The notes under the pieces are model-generated. The model did no database searches. It saw only the letters and a list, made by a program, of their open reading frames with translations, and was not told the origin of the DNA. Below, piece by piece: positions 7,236 through 16,097 of a DNA stretch of 37,750 nucleotides; within the stretch, counting starts at the first letter, position 1; each line of letters opens with the position of its first letter. The stretch comes from a virus: the IMG/VR virus record IMGVR_UViG_3300025536_000006; one strand, given 5' to 3'. The translations under genes and the position numbers were made by a program.

Positions 7236-7444
7236 GTTGGGAAATTTATTGTGTTCTTATCATTGGAGGTCTTGCCAGCTTCTTGTCATTGAGCTGGAAT
7301 TGGTCTTTGTCAAATAAATATATACAAATTTATAAAGACGTCACGCACGTGCAAAAAACCACGATTGAAATATTAAATATCATATTGGAGATGAAAAAAA
7401 ATAAAGAAAATATCGGAAAGGTGGAAAAAAAGAAAACGAAGTAG
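7232..7444 (+). CDS. Small membrane protein (70 aa)
   Basis: N-terminal TM helix (IYCVLIIGGLASFLSLSW), then WNWS, then a charged helical tail. The architecture resembles the GRLC family but lacks the GRLC motif. Confidence 0.5.
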   Translation: MSWEIYCVLIIGGLASFLSLSWNWSLSNKYIQIYKDVTHVQKTTIEILNIILEMKKNKENIGKVEKKKTK

Positions 7445-7447
7445 AAT

Positions 7448-7951
7448 TTATGAATGATGAATTTTACCATGCTCTGATGCAGATACAATTTGAAGATTTT
7501 CAATACGATTATCTGTAGGATTGCCATTGATATGATGAACATGTTCGTTTCTTTTCAAGGGTCTTCCTAAATGTTGTTCCATAAGCCAACGATGTTCGTA
7601 AACTCGTTTTTTATTCACTTGAATTCTTTTTCTAGCATTATTTCCTTGAGATCCCGTTTTTTCAAATCCCCAAGAAGCCAAGCCAATTTTCATAGCCTGT
7701 GCTCGACATTGTCGAGAACAAAATTTCATTCCATATTTTTTCAATTTCAAAACACTGGGTTGCACATAAGTGGTTTTTTTACAAATAGGGCATTCAATCA
7801 TCTTTCCATTTTTAACTTTTTGTGCTCGAATTGGGTTATGAAAATTTGCTCGACAAACGATCGAACAAAATTGACGATTTTGGCTAGGAACTGTATAAAA
7901 TTCCTTAGAACATATTTTACAATAAACAAATTTGCCATTGGCTTTTGGCAT
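7448..7951 (-). CDS. HNH endonuclease with N-terminal zinc knuckles (free-standing, homing-type)
   Basis: HVHHINGNPTDNRIENLQIVSASEH is the HNH core. Repeated CxxC...FCSxxCR units lie N-terminal. It is a lone minus-strand gene between plus-strand genes. Confidence 0.85.
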   Translation of the reverse strand: MPKANGKFVYCKICSKEFYTVPSQNRQFCSIVCRANFHNPIRAQKVKNGKMIECPICKKTTYVQPSVLKLKKYGMKFCSRQCRAQAMKIGLASWGFEKTGSQGNNARKRIQVNKKRVYEHRWLMEQHLGRPLKRNEHVHHINGNPTDNRIENLQIVSASEHGKIHHS

Positions 7952-8294
7952 ACAAAAATGAACCTCATTTCAGGTTAGGAGGCTATTATCGACAAATTGA
8001 TAAAAAAAGACAAAGCTAAAATAAACAAGATGATGGACGTGTTAGTCAAGAAAGATCTTCCAAGGGATCGAAAGCTAGAAAAATGTGATAAGATGAAGAA
8101 GAAGAAAAAGTGAACATATCATATCACCCAACTTAACGAGGTCTTAATGAAAAACAGCATATTTATTAATTGGATGTTAAGGCCAATTAAATTCTTTATA
8201 GAAAAAATAAAAAAACTGGCAAAAATGACCGATTAAACGAGAATGTATATGATTTCGTGCAACAAAAGAACTATTATCGGACGTTAGGGGGAAA

Positions 8295-8651
8295 ATGAAG
8301 GATAAACATACAAAAGAAATTTTAAATCATAAAGGATGCGAGATTGAACTTTCCAAGGGTAAAGAAAGTATATTTTTTAAAGTATTTTTCGACCCTGATT
8401 CAATCTGGATTGATATCGGCGTGCTTCCTCATTCTGCATTTTTATGTGCTTGCCTTGACGGACAACCCCTTATTGAATGTGAAAGTGGAGAATCTGGATT
8501 AAATAAGCGACAATTTTTAGACATTGAATGGCTCATCAATGAATGGGAAGGAGATCCATATATAATAGAAGCTTTAAAATTCCAAAGATCTAATATTCAA
8601 GCTGATTTACCCAGATTAAGAGAGAAATATTGTTGTGCAAATGGAAAATGA
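8295..8651 (+). CDS. Hypothetical protein (118 aa)
   Basis: ORF track with a GGGGGA RBS. It is the first gene of a chain of overlapping small genes. Confidence 0.55.
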   Translation: MKDKHTKEILNHKGCEIELSKGKESIFFKVFFDPDSIWIDIGVLPHSAFLCACLDGQPLIECESGESGLNKRQFLDIEWLINEWEGDPYIIEALKFQRSNIQADLPRLREKYCCANGK

Positions 8652-8841
8652 ACCTACTTGGCAACATATCTTAGATGAACATTGGAGACAATTCAAGTTG
8701 GCATGCCAATCTATGAATCATGGGGACAAAATGCCTGGACTTAATTGGCGCGAATATGTTCTTTATGATTTATGCAAACGTCACAATGCAGAAATAGGTA
8801 AAGATTATTTTACAACAAATGAAGATGCAGAAACGGAATGA
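8641..8841 (+). CDS. Hypothetical protein (about 66 aa; ATG 8641 or GTG 8635)
   Basis: ORF track. It overlaps the end of the previous gene. Confidence 0.5.
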   Translation: MENEPTWQHILDEHWRQFKLACQSMNHGDKMPGLNWREYVLYDLCKRHNAEIGKDYFTTNEDAETE

Positions 8842-9029
8842 ATGAAAAACTTGAGGATTGGAATAGGCATCCTTTAGAACATCCTATTCCTTTAGATAGA
8901 GAAATAATCGCTCTTTGGAAAAACATGAATGGAAAATGGAAGAGGGAAAAAGTTGATGGCTATTTATTTTATCAGATAAATTTTCCAGAAATTGGTTTTA
9001 CAGGAACAATTTATTGGAAAGAATCATGA
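8838..9029 (+). CDS. Hypothetical protein (63 aa)
   Basis: ORF track. ATGA coupling. It begins MNEKL, as does the next gene. Confidence 0.5.
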   Translation: MNEKLEDWNRHPLEHPIPLDREIIALWKNMNGKWKREKVDGYLFYQINFPEIGFTGTIYWKES

Positions 9030-9223
9030 ATGAAAAACTGTACAATTCAAAAATACTTGATAGACTCCAACGCGACAACAAGCTAACAGTCGTTTGGGTA
9101 GCATGGAAGTTCAAGATGTCCATTCCGCATACTATAAAAGCACTTCAACAGATTGTCCAGGATTTTCCGGAATATCATTTCAATAGTTCAGCAGGAGCAA
9201 TCGTAAAAAATGAAAATACCTGA
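9026..9223 (+). CDS. Hypothetical protein (65 aa; start moved to ATG 9026)
   Basis: ATGA overlap with the upstream stop. The junction sequence ATGAATGAAAAACT is identical to the one at 8838. Confidence 0.5.
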   Translation: MNEKLYNSKILDRLQRDNKLTVVWVAWKFKMSIPHTIKALQQIVQDFPEYHFNSSAGAIVKNENT

Positions 9224-9410
9224 AAAAAAAGCTAAAGAAGCTATTCAAAAATATATTGTAAATGATTGTTGTTCCCAGAGTGAAGCTCTAGCGAAAGCCA
9301 TTAATGTCATAGTGGGGCTATATCGAAATGAGGAATATATGAGAGAAGAGATGCGGGAAGCAATGATTACACATGTTATCATTGAAGGCGTTGAGATCAC
9401 TTTTGATTAG
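9210..9410 (+). CDS. Hypothetical protein (66 aa)
   Basis: ORF track. Last gene of the rightward small-gene chain. Confidence 0.5.
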   Translation: MKIPEKKAKEAIQKYIVNDCCSQSEALAKAINVIVGLYRNEEYMREEMREAMITHVIIEGVEITFD

Positions 9411-9765
9411 CCGTGATTTTTTTAGACTCAAGGAAAGGCTTGTTAGGTCTTCCATGACAAAAATCACAGTGGGCATCAGTACAGGCCGCTGTCAACCATT
9501 TGTTACAGTAATAACAGCAATAAGCGTCATGCTTCGTGGAATAGAGAGGTTTTTTACCGCATTCACATTTAAGCTCAGTGTTCATCGCCATAACTTGCAG
9601 ACTCTCCTCTTGAATAGCTGATAATCCTGAATCGCATTCGGTATCTGATTCGCTCTCGTTTAGCCATTGCTCTATCAAAGCAACGAGTCGTTTTTTTCGC
9701 CAAGCTATACGTTCTGTTCGAGCAACGAGCACTGCCAAGAAGGCAAATCCTAAAAGGTACCCCAT
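9397..9765 (-). CDS. Membrane-anchored Cys-rich protein (122 aa)
   Basis: N-terminal TM helix (YLLGFAFLAVLVA) and a C-terminal Cys cluster (CECG...YCCYYCNKW...CTDAHCDFCHG). Confidence 0.55.
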   Translation of the reverse strand: MGYLLGFAFLAVLVARTERIAWRKKRLVALIEQWLNESESDTECDSGLSAIQEESLQVMAMNTELKCECGKKPLYSTKHDAYCCYYCNKWLTAACTDAHCDFCHGRPNKPFLESKKITANQK

Positions 9766-9810
9766 TAACAGAAAGCATTAGCAAATATCATACACAAAAT
9801 TTCAATCATT

Positions 9811-10107
9811 TCACTTATCCTCGCTGTATAATTCATCCAGTGTTTTTTTCGTCGCAAACACAAGCTCATCCAAAAGCTCTTCTTGAAATTCTCTTCTCAC
9901 TGAACATAGATGTTTGGTTATCTCAACAAAGTACACATTCAGAAAAAGCTGATGGATCATCCCTTTTCGAAGTTGCTCATCTTTGCCAATGGTCTCATCT
10001 GCGAAAAGATCAAAAAGCTCACTGAAAATCCTAGAGATATCTTCAGCTCTTTTGACCAAGATATTTCCCATATCAATCTCTATTTCGATCTCCTCTTCTC
10101 TAGACAT
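9811..10107 (-). CDS. Strongly acidic helical protein (98 aa)
   Basis: ORF track. By my count about a quarter of the residues are D or E (for example REEEIEIEID and QEELLDEL). Confidence 0.55.
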   Translation of the reverse strand: MSREEEIEIEIDMGNILVKRAEDISRIFSELFDLFADETIGKDEQLRKGMIHQLFLNVYFVEITKHLCSVRREFQEELLDELVFATKKTLDELYSEDK

Positions 10108-10489
10108 TCAGCTCTCTCCTCAATAAGGCTTCCAAGTATTTTTGAATGGTGAGGTTATTTTGTATTGCTTTAAGTTTCATGAGCTGGTGTAGTTTTTTGG
10201 GTATTCGTACCATGACTGGATGATATTCCTCATTGACTATAGGTAACGACGGAATAGGATCAGGAATCCTAACGATACTTCTATATGGGACTTCTTCATC
10301 GTTATCTAAGACAATCAGGAAATTATTGTAATCTTTGGCTCCAGCTCTTGTGAAACCTCCGCTTTGTTCTCCATTGCCACCATCAATGAAAATCTCTCCA
10401 CATTTACATCTAACAAAATCATGCCTATTCACGCTCTCAATGACATCGAGACAAATCCTGCACTTAGCCCTATTTCTTTTTGTCATCAT
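10100..10489 (-). CDS. Zinc-ribbon plus C-terminal ribbon-helix-helix (Arc/CopG-like) protein
   Basis: CRIC...CKCG ribbon, then VRIPKKLHQLMKLKAIQNNLTIQKYLEALL, which looks like an RHH. The start is moved to MMTKRN (GGAGAAAG upstream). Confidence 0.5.
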   Translation of the reverse strand: MMTKRNRAKCRICLDVIESVNRHDFVRCKCGEIFIDGGNGEQSGGFTRAGAKDYNNFLIVLDNDEEVPYRSIVRIPDPIPSLPIVNEEYHPVMVRIPKKLHQLMKLKAIQNNLTIQKYLEALLRRELNV

Positions 10490-10793
10490 TTCCACTATCT
10501 TTCTCCAATTTTTTTTCATAAAACTTGACAGCAGTTTTTAATTGACTACAGATAAGATCTATTTGCTTCTCCCTAACCTCGGGTATCATTGACATGATTA
10601 CGGCTACTATTTCCATAAGGTGAGAAGTTATCAGCAGAGAAAAGAAAAAGTCGCCTTTTTCAGATTTAGGAAAATGCAGCCCTACTAAGACTTCCAGCTC
10701 ATTGTTTAAATTGAAAAAATGCTTGCGAATTTCATCTTGATGCGTATTTAAAAAGCTAGCACACACCGATTTAAAGTATTCATTTTTGTCCAT
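10470..10793 (-). CDS. Hypothetical helical protein (107 aa; start moved to MDKNEY)
   Basis: The ATG at 10793 is preceded by AAGGAGG. Confidence 0.55.
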   Translation of the reverse strand: MDKNEYFKSVCASFLNTHQDEIRKHFFNLNNELEVLVGLHFPKSEKGDFFFSLLITSHLMEIVAVIMSMIPEVREKQIDLICSQLKTAVKFYEKKLEKDSGNDDKKK

Positions 10794-10899
10794 TATATCC
10801 TCCTTGATGCTTAATGAAAACAATCTAACAAAAGAGATTGAATTATGAAACCCCAATCTTTTCTTTGACTTAAATTTAAACTTTTTAGAGTATCTGGCT

Positions 10900-11391
10900 A
10901 TGACTAAAAAGATCTCTTGGCATATTGAAGAGCGGAATATCTCTGATCTTACCCCATATCACAAAAACCCTAGAGTCCTCACAAAAGATCAAGAAAGACA
11001 TCTACGCGCTTCATTAGAAAGATTCGGCCTTATCGATAGACCTTGTATCAATACAGACAACACAATCATAGGCGGCCATCAGCGTATCAATGTCCTGGGA
11101 AAAGACATTAAGAGAATAGAAGTCTTCGTTCCCGATCGTGCTCTTGATGAAAAAGAAGTAGAAGAGTTAAATATTCGCTTGAATGCCAATACAGGCTCAT
11201 TTGATAACGATATTCTAGCTAACGAATTCGAAATTGATGATCTAGTATGCTGGGGTATGGAAGGATTACAGTCATTCTTATCCTATGAACTGTCTAATCC
11301 TTTAGACAAAGAAGAAGAAAAAGATTCGGACGATTCCCGTTGCCCTGAGTGCAATCAAAAGATTAAGAAAAAATCTCAGAAGAAGAAATAG
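10900..11391 (+). CDS. ParB-like nuclease domain protein with a C-terminal zinc ribbon
   Basis: LTPYHKNPRVLTKDQ...SLERFGLIDRP...IIGGHQRINVL matches the ParB N-terminal domain signature. Its position just upstream of the terminase genes is common in phages. Confidence 0.75.
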   Translation: MTKKISWHIEERNISDLTPYHKNPRVLTKDQERHLRASLERFGLIDRPCINTDNTIIGGHQRINVLGKDIKRIEVFVPDRALDEKEVEELNIRLNANTGSFDNDILANEFEIDDLVCWGMEGLQSFLSYELSNPLDKEEEKDSDDSRCPECNQKIKKKSQKKK

Positions 11392-11398
11392 GTTTTAG

Positions 11399-11917
11399 AT
11401 GCCGGCTCCTAAAGGAAACAACTTCAATCCAAAAGGTAGACCACTAGCTGATATCGATTGGAACATGTTCGAACAACTTTGCCATATTCAGTGCACTTTA
11501 GGCGAAATGGCAGGTTTTCTTAGAGTTAATAAAGATACTTTATCAGATAGAGCGAAACTACATTATAAAGAAGATTATTCCGTCGTTTATAAAAGGTTTA
11601 GTGAAGGTGGTAAATGTAGTTTAAGAAGATCACAATTTAAACTAGCACAAAAGAATGCTTCAATGGGCATTTGGCTTGGCAAACAGTATCTAGACCAAAA
11701 AGATCACGAATCAGAAACCGACAAGACAGCTCAAATGAATCCTCATCTTGACATCGTGCATCAAGTGCTTGCTGAAAATGCTATTCTAAAGGAAAAGATA
11801 AATGCCATTGAGTCAAAAGCAAATTCAGAGCTATCAGGAAGCGACTCACAGGTTCAACATATGGGTGGGAGCAGTGAGGTCGGGCAAGACCCACTCCAGC
11901 ATCCTCAAGCTTTCTGA
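11399..11917 (+). CDS. terS: Terminase small subunit
   Basis: N-terminal KGRP...HTH-like segment, then NASMGIWLGKQYLDQKD, typical of HTH-type TerS. It lies directly upstream of TerL and overlaps it by 116 nt. Confidence 0.65.
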   Translation: MPAPKGNNFNPKGRPLADIDWNMFEQLCHIQCTLGEMAGFLRVNKDTLSDRAKLHYKEDYSVVYKRFSEGGKCSLRRSQFKLAQKNASMGIWLGKQYLDQKDHESETDKTAQMNPHLDIVHQVLAENAILKEKINAIESKANSELSGSDSQVQHMGGSSEVGQDPLQHPQAF

Positions 11918-13082
11918 ACGTCTTAAAAATGGGCCTCCTGGTGATGCGATGATCATCGGTGTAAACCGATCGACTATCCAGCGTAACATTGTAAATCCGC
12001 TTTACAAATTGCAGGACTTCCCTGTCCCATCTGAAAAATGTAACCATGTAAAGCTATACGGAAGGAATGTCTACTTCATAGGCGCTCCTGATATCAGCGC
12101 GGTTACGACTATCCAAGGTTCAACTTTAGCAATCGCCTATGTTGATGAAGCTACCTGTATACCTGAGCCCTTCTGGAAGATGCTAGAAACTCGGCTTAGT
12201 GTGCCAGGAGCCCAGCTTTTTGCTACCTGCAACCCAGAGGGGCCAGCACACTGGCTGAAAAAGCAGTATATCGACAGGAAAGAGCATGATCTGATCTATT
12301 GGAATTTCCAATTGGACGACAATCCTAGCTTGGATGAGGCATATAAGACGGCTCTCAAGACTTCTTTCTCTGGCATGTATTACAAGCGCTACATTCTAGG
12401 CGAATGGGCTTTAGCTTTCGGTGCTATATGGGATAGCTTCGATGACTACAATCTCTATGAACACCCCATGTCTAATCCCAACTACTATATCTGTGGGATA
12501 GACTATGGAACAACGAATGCAACAGCCGCCGTTTTATGTGCTATCACGCCTAAGCAATTTCCTCAAATACGAATAGAATCAGAGTATTACTACGATTCTG
12601 TAAAGCGAGGAAGATCGAAGACAGATGCAGAGCTTGTCAGGGATATAAAGGACTTCCTTGGCTTTAGGAATGTATCTGCCGTCTATGTAGACCCAGCAGC
12701 AGCGAGCCTTAAGATAGCTCTACGTCAAGAAAACATTCCAGTTGTAGACGCTAACAATGATGTACTACTAGGCATCAAAACTGTCTCGAAATTCATAGCT
12801 GGTAAAAACATCGTCATTCACAAAAGTTGTACCAATCTTATCGAGCAGATTCAATCGTATGCCTGGGACCCTAAAGCTGCTGATAGGGGCGAGGATAAGC
12901 CAATTAAAATAAATGATCATATTTGCGACGCGTTACGCTATAGTATTTGCTCAGCTTTTCCGAGAGGAGATTTCGGCTCGCCTGATGAGCATTTATCTAT
13001 AGAGCAAATACGTCGAAACATTTATGGCGATCAGTTTTCTGCGTTGGGTGAATTTGCTGGTGGTAATGGAGAATATCTGTAG
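11802..13082 (+). CDS. terL: Terminase large subunit (PBSX/Terminase_3-like)
   Basis: Walker A in NIWVGAVRSGKTH near the N terminus, a Walker B-like IAYVDEA, and C-terminal nuclease-type acidic motifs (GIDYG, NDHICDALRY). Confidence 0.9.
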   Translation: MPLSQKQIQSYQEATHRFNIWVGAVRSGKTHSSILKLSERLKNGPPGDAMIIGVNRSTIQRNIVNPLYKLQDFPVPSEKCNHVKLYGRNVYFIGAPDISAVTTIQGSTLAIAYVDEATCIPEPFWKMLETRLSVPGAQLFATCNPEGPAHWLKKQYIDRKEHDLIYWNFQLDDNPSLDEAYKTALKTSFSGMYYKRYILGEWALAFGAIWDSFDDYNLYEHPMSNPNYYICGIDYGTTNATAAVLCAITPKQFPQIRIESEYYYDSVKRGRSKTDAELVRDIKDFLGFRNVSAVYVDPAAASLKIALRQENIPVVDANNDVLLGIKTVSKFIAGKNIVIHKSCTNLIEQIQSYAWDPKAADRGEDKPIKINDHICDALRYSICSAFPRGDFGSPDEHLSIEQIRRNIYGDQFSALGEFAGGNGEYL

Positions 13083-13140
13083 AATTCTGTGTAGTCGAAT
13101 AGATAATTCATGTTAACATATTTCCCTACAAGGAGTTATC

Positions 13141-13824
13141 ATGAAAATCTGTCAATCATGCCATCAAGAAAATAAGTCAAACTACGTCAATTTATGCCAA
13201 TCTTGCTACAACAAGAGATGGTTTGCCAAGTTACCATTGAGATATTGTGCTAATTGCTCAAAGGAATATAAGAATTTCGGCAAGCACTGCTTTACATGTG
13301 CTAAAAAAATTAGAGAAGCTAAGCAACCATTAACACCATGTTCTGTATGTCAGCGGACGAGCGTAAAGATCAAAAATAAAACCAAGATACTCTGTAGTAA
13401 ATGCGAAAGGATAAGAAAAGAAGAAGAAATCCCAGGATATAGAGAGAATAGAATTCTTTACAATCGTATTTCCCATAGAAAATATCGCGGTCAAGAACCT
13501 CATGGGCCTCTTAAGCGTAAACCTCCTGGAGATGGTCATGTAAATAAAGATGGATATAAGATCATTACAAAAGTAGGTCATCCGAATGCCAATTCAGATA
13601 AAGGAGCAATCCCAGAACATATTTTTATCATGAGCGAACATTTAAAAAGACCTCTTAAGAAAGGGGAGAGTGTACATCATAAAAATGGTATAAGACACGA
13701 TAATCGAATAGAAAATCTTGAGTTATGGCACAAAGGACAACCTTCGGGGCAGAGAGTTGAAGATAAGATTAGATATTTTAAAGAATTTCTCGTAGATTAT
13801 GGATATATAATTATTGATCCTTGA
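13141..13824 (+). CDS. HNH endonuclease with an array of about six CxxC zinc knuckles
   Basis: SVHHKNGIRHDNRIENLELWH is the HNH core. The N-terminal half is a series of CxxC pairs. It is inserted between TerL and the portal gene. Confidence 0.85.
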   Translation: MKICQSCHQENKSNYVNLCQSCYNKRWFAKLPLRYCANCSKEYKNFGKHCFTCAKKIREAKQPLTPCSVCQRTSVKIKNKTKILCSKCERIRKEEEIPGYRENRILYNRISHRKYRGQEPHGPLKRKPPGDGHVNKDGYKIITKVGHPNANSDKGAIPEHIFIMSEHLKRPLKKGESVHHKNGIRHDNRIENLELWHKGQPSGQRVEDKIRYFKEFLVDYGYIIIDP

Positions 13825-13832
13825 GGCATTGG

Positions 13833-15878
13833 ATGGGCAGCTACGAAAATTCTAATGGAGGATATTCGCTTGGGGGATATATAGATGGAAATGACGTAGA
13901 TGCTAAAAATATAAAACAGATGATGTCTCATTTCTATGAGTCTAGTTATCCCCAAAACGCATCCTATTGGCAACAAGGCAGCATTGACAAGCGATTCAAA
14001 GCCGGAGATCAGTCATTATGGTCGATGATCTATGGCGACAACAACTACTATCAAGCCCGTAGGTTCTTCTTCAACTTGATACGGCGCCATATCAATATGA
14101 TCTGTGGGTATCAGCGTAAGAATCGTAAATCTACCATTACCCTTCCTAATTTTGAAGGCGATCAGTTATCCGATGAATTCAATGCAGTTCTCAAGTGGAG
14201 TGAAGAAAGAGATGGCTTCCAAGAGTATCTTTCGCAAGCTTTTGAAGGAAGTTGTGACACTGGCATGTCCCTTCTTCATCTTTACCCTGATTATACTCTT
14301 GATCCTGTCAGCGGGGATCTATTTACTGATCAAGTTGCTTACAATAATTTTCTGATCGATCCGTATTTCCGCAAGATGGATCTTACAGACTGCTCATTTG
14401 TCTGGAGGAGGCGTTGGGTCAATCAGGAAGCCGCTAAGGCTCTTCTTCCTGGTCATGCTAAGGAAATTGCCAAGATGCGTCCAAGCGGTCTTAAAGATGG
14501 CAGATTCCCTCTCCAAGCAGAGCTGCTCAATATGGCAACCAATCAGCTCTTTGCCTATGACGAATTCCATTACCGAACATCACGAGAGGCTACCATTGTC
14601 TTAGATCCCAAAACAGGGGAATCTATGCTATGGGAAGAAGATGAAGAAGACAGCGCGGATATGATGGAGCGCACGCTTGCTCAGCAGCCATGGCTAGTCA
14701 TTAAGAAAACTCAGATTCCTACTGTTAAACTTTGCATTTGTTTGGGAGGGAAACCGCTTTACCATGGGCAAAATCTTCTGGGGATTGATTCTTATCCTTT
14801 TATTCCTTCTCTGTGTTATCACGAGCCAGATATTCAGTCTTATGCTTGGCGTGTTCAAGGCATCATTCGAAACTTACGTGATAGTCAGTATCTTTATAAC
14901 ATGAGAAAAGTTATCGAAATGGATATACTCCAATCTCAGATTAACTCTGGATGGATTTATCCGGTCGATGCCGTTGTTGACCCTAAATCTTTTAGACAAT
15001 CAGGACAGGGCTTCCTTGTTCCTCTTAAAGCAGGGCACTTACCAAATGAGATTCAACGCGTCGAGGCAGCAGCTTTGCCTCAATCAATTATGGAGTTATC
15101 CCGTAGCCTCGCAGAAGATATTACCAAAATATCGGGAGTCAACGAAGAGCTACTCGGAGCAGCCACGGATGACAAATCTGGTATACTATCCATGTTGCGT
15201 CAAGGTGCTGGGCTCACGACTCTGCAAACTATCTTCGATAAGCTCGATTATACCCAACGCCTCTATGGTAAGATTCGTCTCCAAGCAATCCGAAAGAACT
15301 TTAGCAAGGGTAAGATCAGTAGCATACTTGGCCATGAACCCGATCCGAGATTCTTCACAAGTCATTCTCTCAAATATTCCGTCACAGTTGAAGAAGGAAA
15401 TTATTCAGCTACTCAAAGACAGATGGAGCTACAACAACTCTTGCACTTCAGAGAACTGGGGATGAATGTAGCTGATAAGACTATCTGGCGAGCTGCATTT
15501 CTTACCAATAAGAAACAAGCTGAGCAAGACTCTGCGGAGATGGCAGAGCAGCAATCCCAGCAACAGCAAGCGCAAGCTGAGCAACAAGAGAAGGCTGAGA
15601 ACGCCAAAGTTATGGCAGCCTATGCAAAATCTAGAGCTGATATGGCCCGCGAGAAAGACCTAGTGGCCTCAGCTCAAGAGAGACTTGCTAAGATCAATGA
15701 AATTCAATCCAACACCGAACATAAGAACACAGAAGCGGATCTAAATCTCGTTAAGATGATGATTGAACTTGAGGATATGGATTTTGCTAATTTCAAAAAT
15801 AGCTTTGAAATGGCGCAATCGATAAAATTAGCAAATGAGCAAGAAAAAACAGCTCAAGCACAAACTCAATTAGCCTAA
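13833..15878 (+). CDS. Portal protein
   Basis: 681 aa. It lies downstream of TerL, with only the HNH gene (13141..13824) between them. GAGG RBS before the ATG at 13833 (the track uses TTG 13821). The Q/A/E-rich coiled-coil C terminus is reminiscent of portal barrel extensions. Confidence 0.7.
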   Translation: MGSYENSNGGYSLGGYIDGNDVDAKNIKQMMSHFYESSYPQNASYWQQGSIDKRFKAGDQSLWSMIYGDNNYYQARRFFFNLIRRHINMICGYQRKNRKSTITLPNFEGDQLSDEFNAVLKWSEERDGFQEYLSQAFEGSCDTGMSLLHLYPDYTLDPVSGDLFTDQVAYNNFLIDPYFRKMDLTDCSFVWRRRWVNQEAAKALLPGHAKEIAKMRPSGLKDGRFPLQAELLNMATNQLFAYDEFHYRTSREATIVLDPKTGESMLWEEDEEDSADMMERTLAQQPWLVIKKTQIPTVKLCICLGGKPLYHGQNLLGIDSYPFIPSLCYHEPDIQSYAWRVQGIIRNLRDSQYLYNMRKVIEMDILQSQINSGWIYPVDAVVDPKSFRQSGQGFLVPLKAGHLPNEIQRVEAAALPQSIMELSRSLAEDITKISGVNEELLGAATDDKSGILSMLRQGAGLTTLQTIFDKLDYTQRLYGKIRLQAIRKNFSKGKISSILGHEPDPRFFTSHSLKYSVTVEEGNYSATQRQMELQQLLHFRELGMNVADKTIWRAAFLTNKKQAEQDSAEMAEQQSQQQQAQAEQQEKAENAKVMAAYAKSRADMAREKDLVASAQERLAKINEIQSNTEHKNTEADLNLVKMMIELEDMDFANFKNSFEMAQSIKLANEQEKTAQAQTQLA

Positions 15879-15893
15879 AACCTGGGAGGGCAT

Positions 15894-16097
15894 ATGGCAA
15901 AAGGCAAAAACATCCCTCTGATGAAAGGAATGTCCAATCATCAGTCTAAAATGGGACAAGAACACTGGGAAAAGACTCAATCTGAACTAGGCTCTGAAAG
16001 CGATCTTCGCTACACAGATAAGCCAAATCCAGAAGCTTTACAAGAGTCTACACAAAAGCTATCTGGCTATGTAAAAAAGAATCAGATGAAATATTAA
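15894..16097 (+). CDS. Hypothetical protein (67 aa)
   Basis: ORF track with a GGGAGG RBS. Confidence 0.55.
   Translation: MAKGKNIPLMKGMSNHQSKMGQEHWEKTQSELGSESDLRYTDKPNPEALQESTQKLSGYVKKNQMKY

Noticed and set aside
7571-7978. Plus-strand 135-aa ORF (and 7330..7542, minus)
   Set aside because: It lies antisense to the clear HNH endonuclease gene. The translation is F/S/I/L-rich and typical of an AT-rich antisense frame.
11984-11996. A third partial copy of the late box (CAGCGTAACAT) inside terL
   Set aside because: Only the first half-site matches. The TCGCTATCTT half is absent and the site lies inside a coding region, so it is probably chance.
13110-13119. 10-bp palindrome ATGTTAACAT upstream of the HNH gene
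   Set aside because: It is short, AT-rich and unique in the window. Nothing distinguishes it from chance.
14104-15607. Internal alternative-frame ORFs within the portal gene (14104..14355, 14398..14604, 14968..15465, 15413..15607)
   Set aside because: They are fully nested in the 681-aa portal frame. 15413..15607 is the antisense reading of the CAG/CAA-rich Q-tract.
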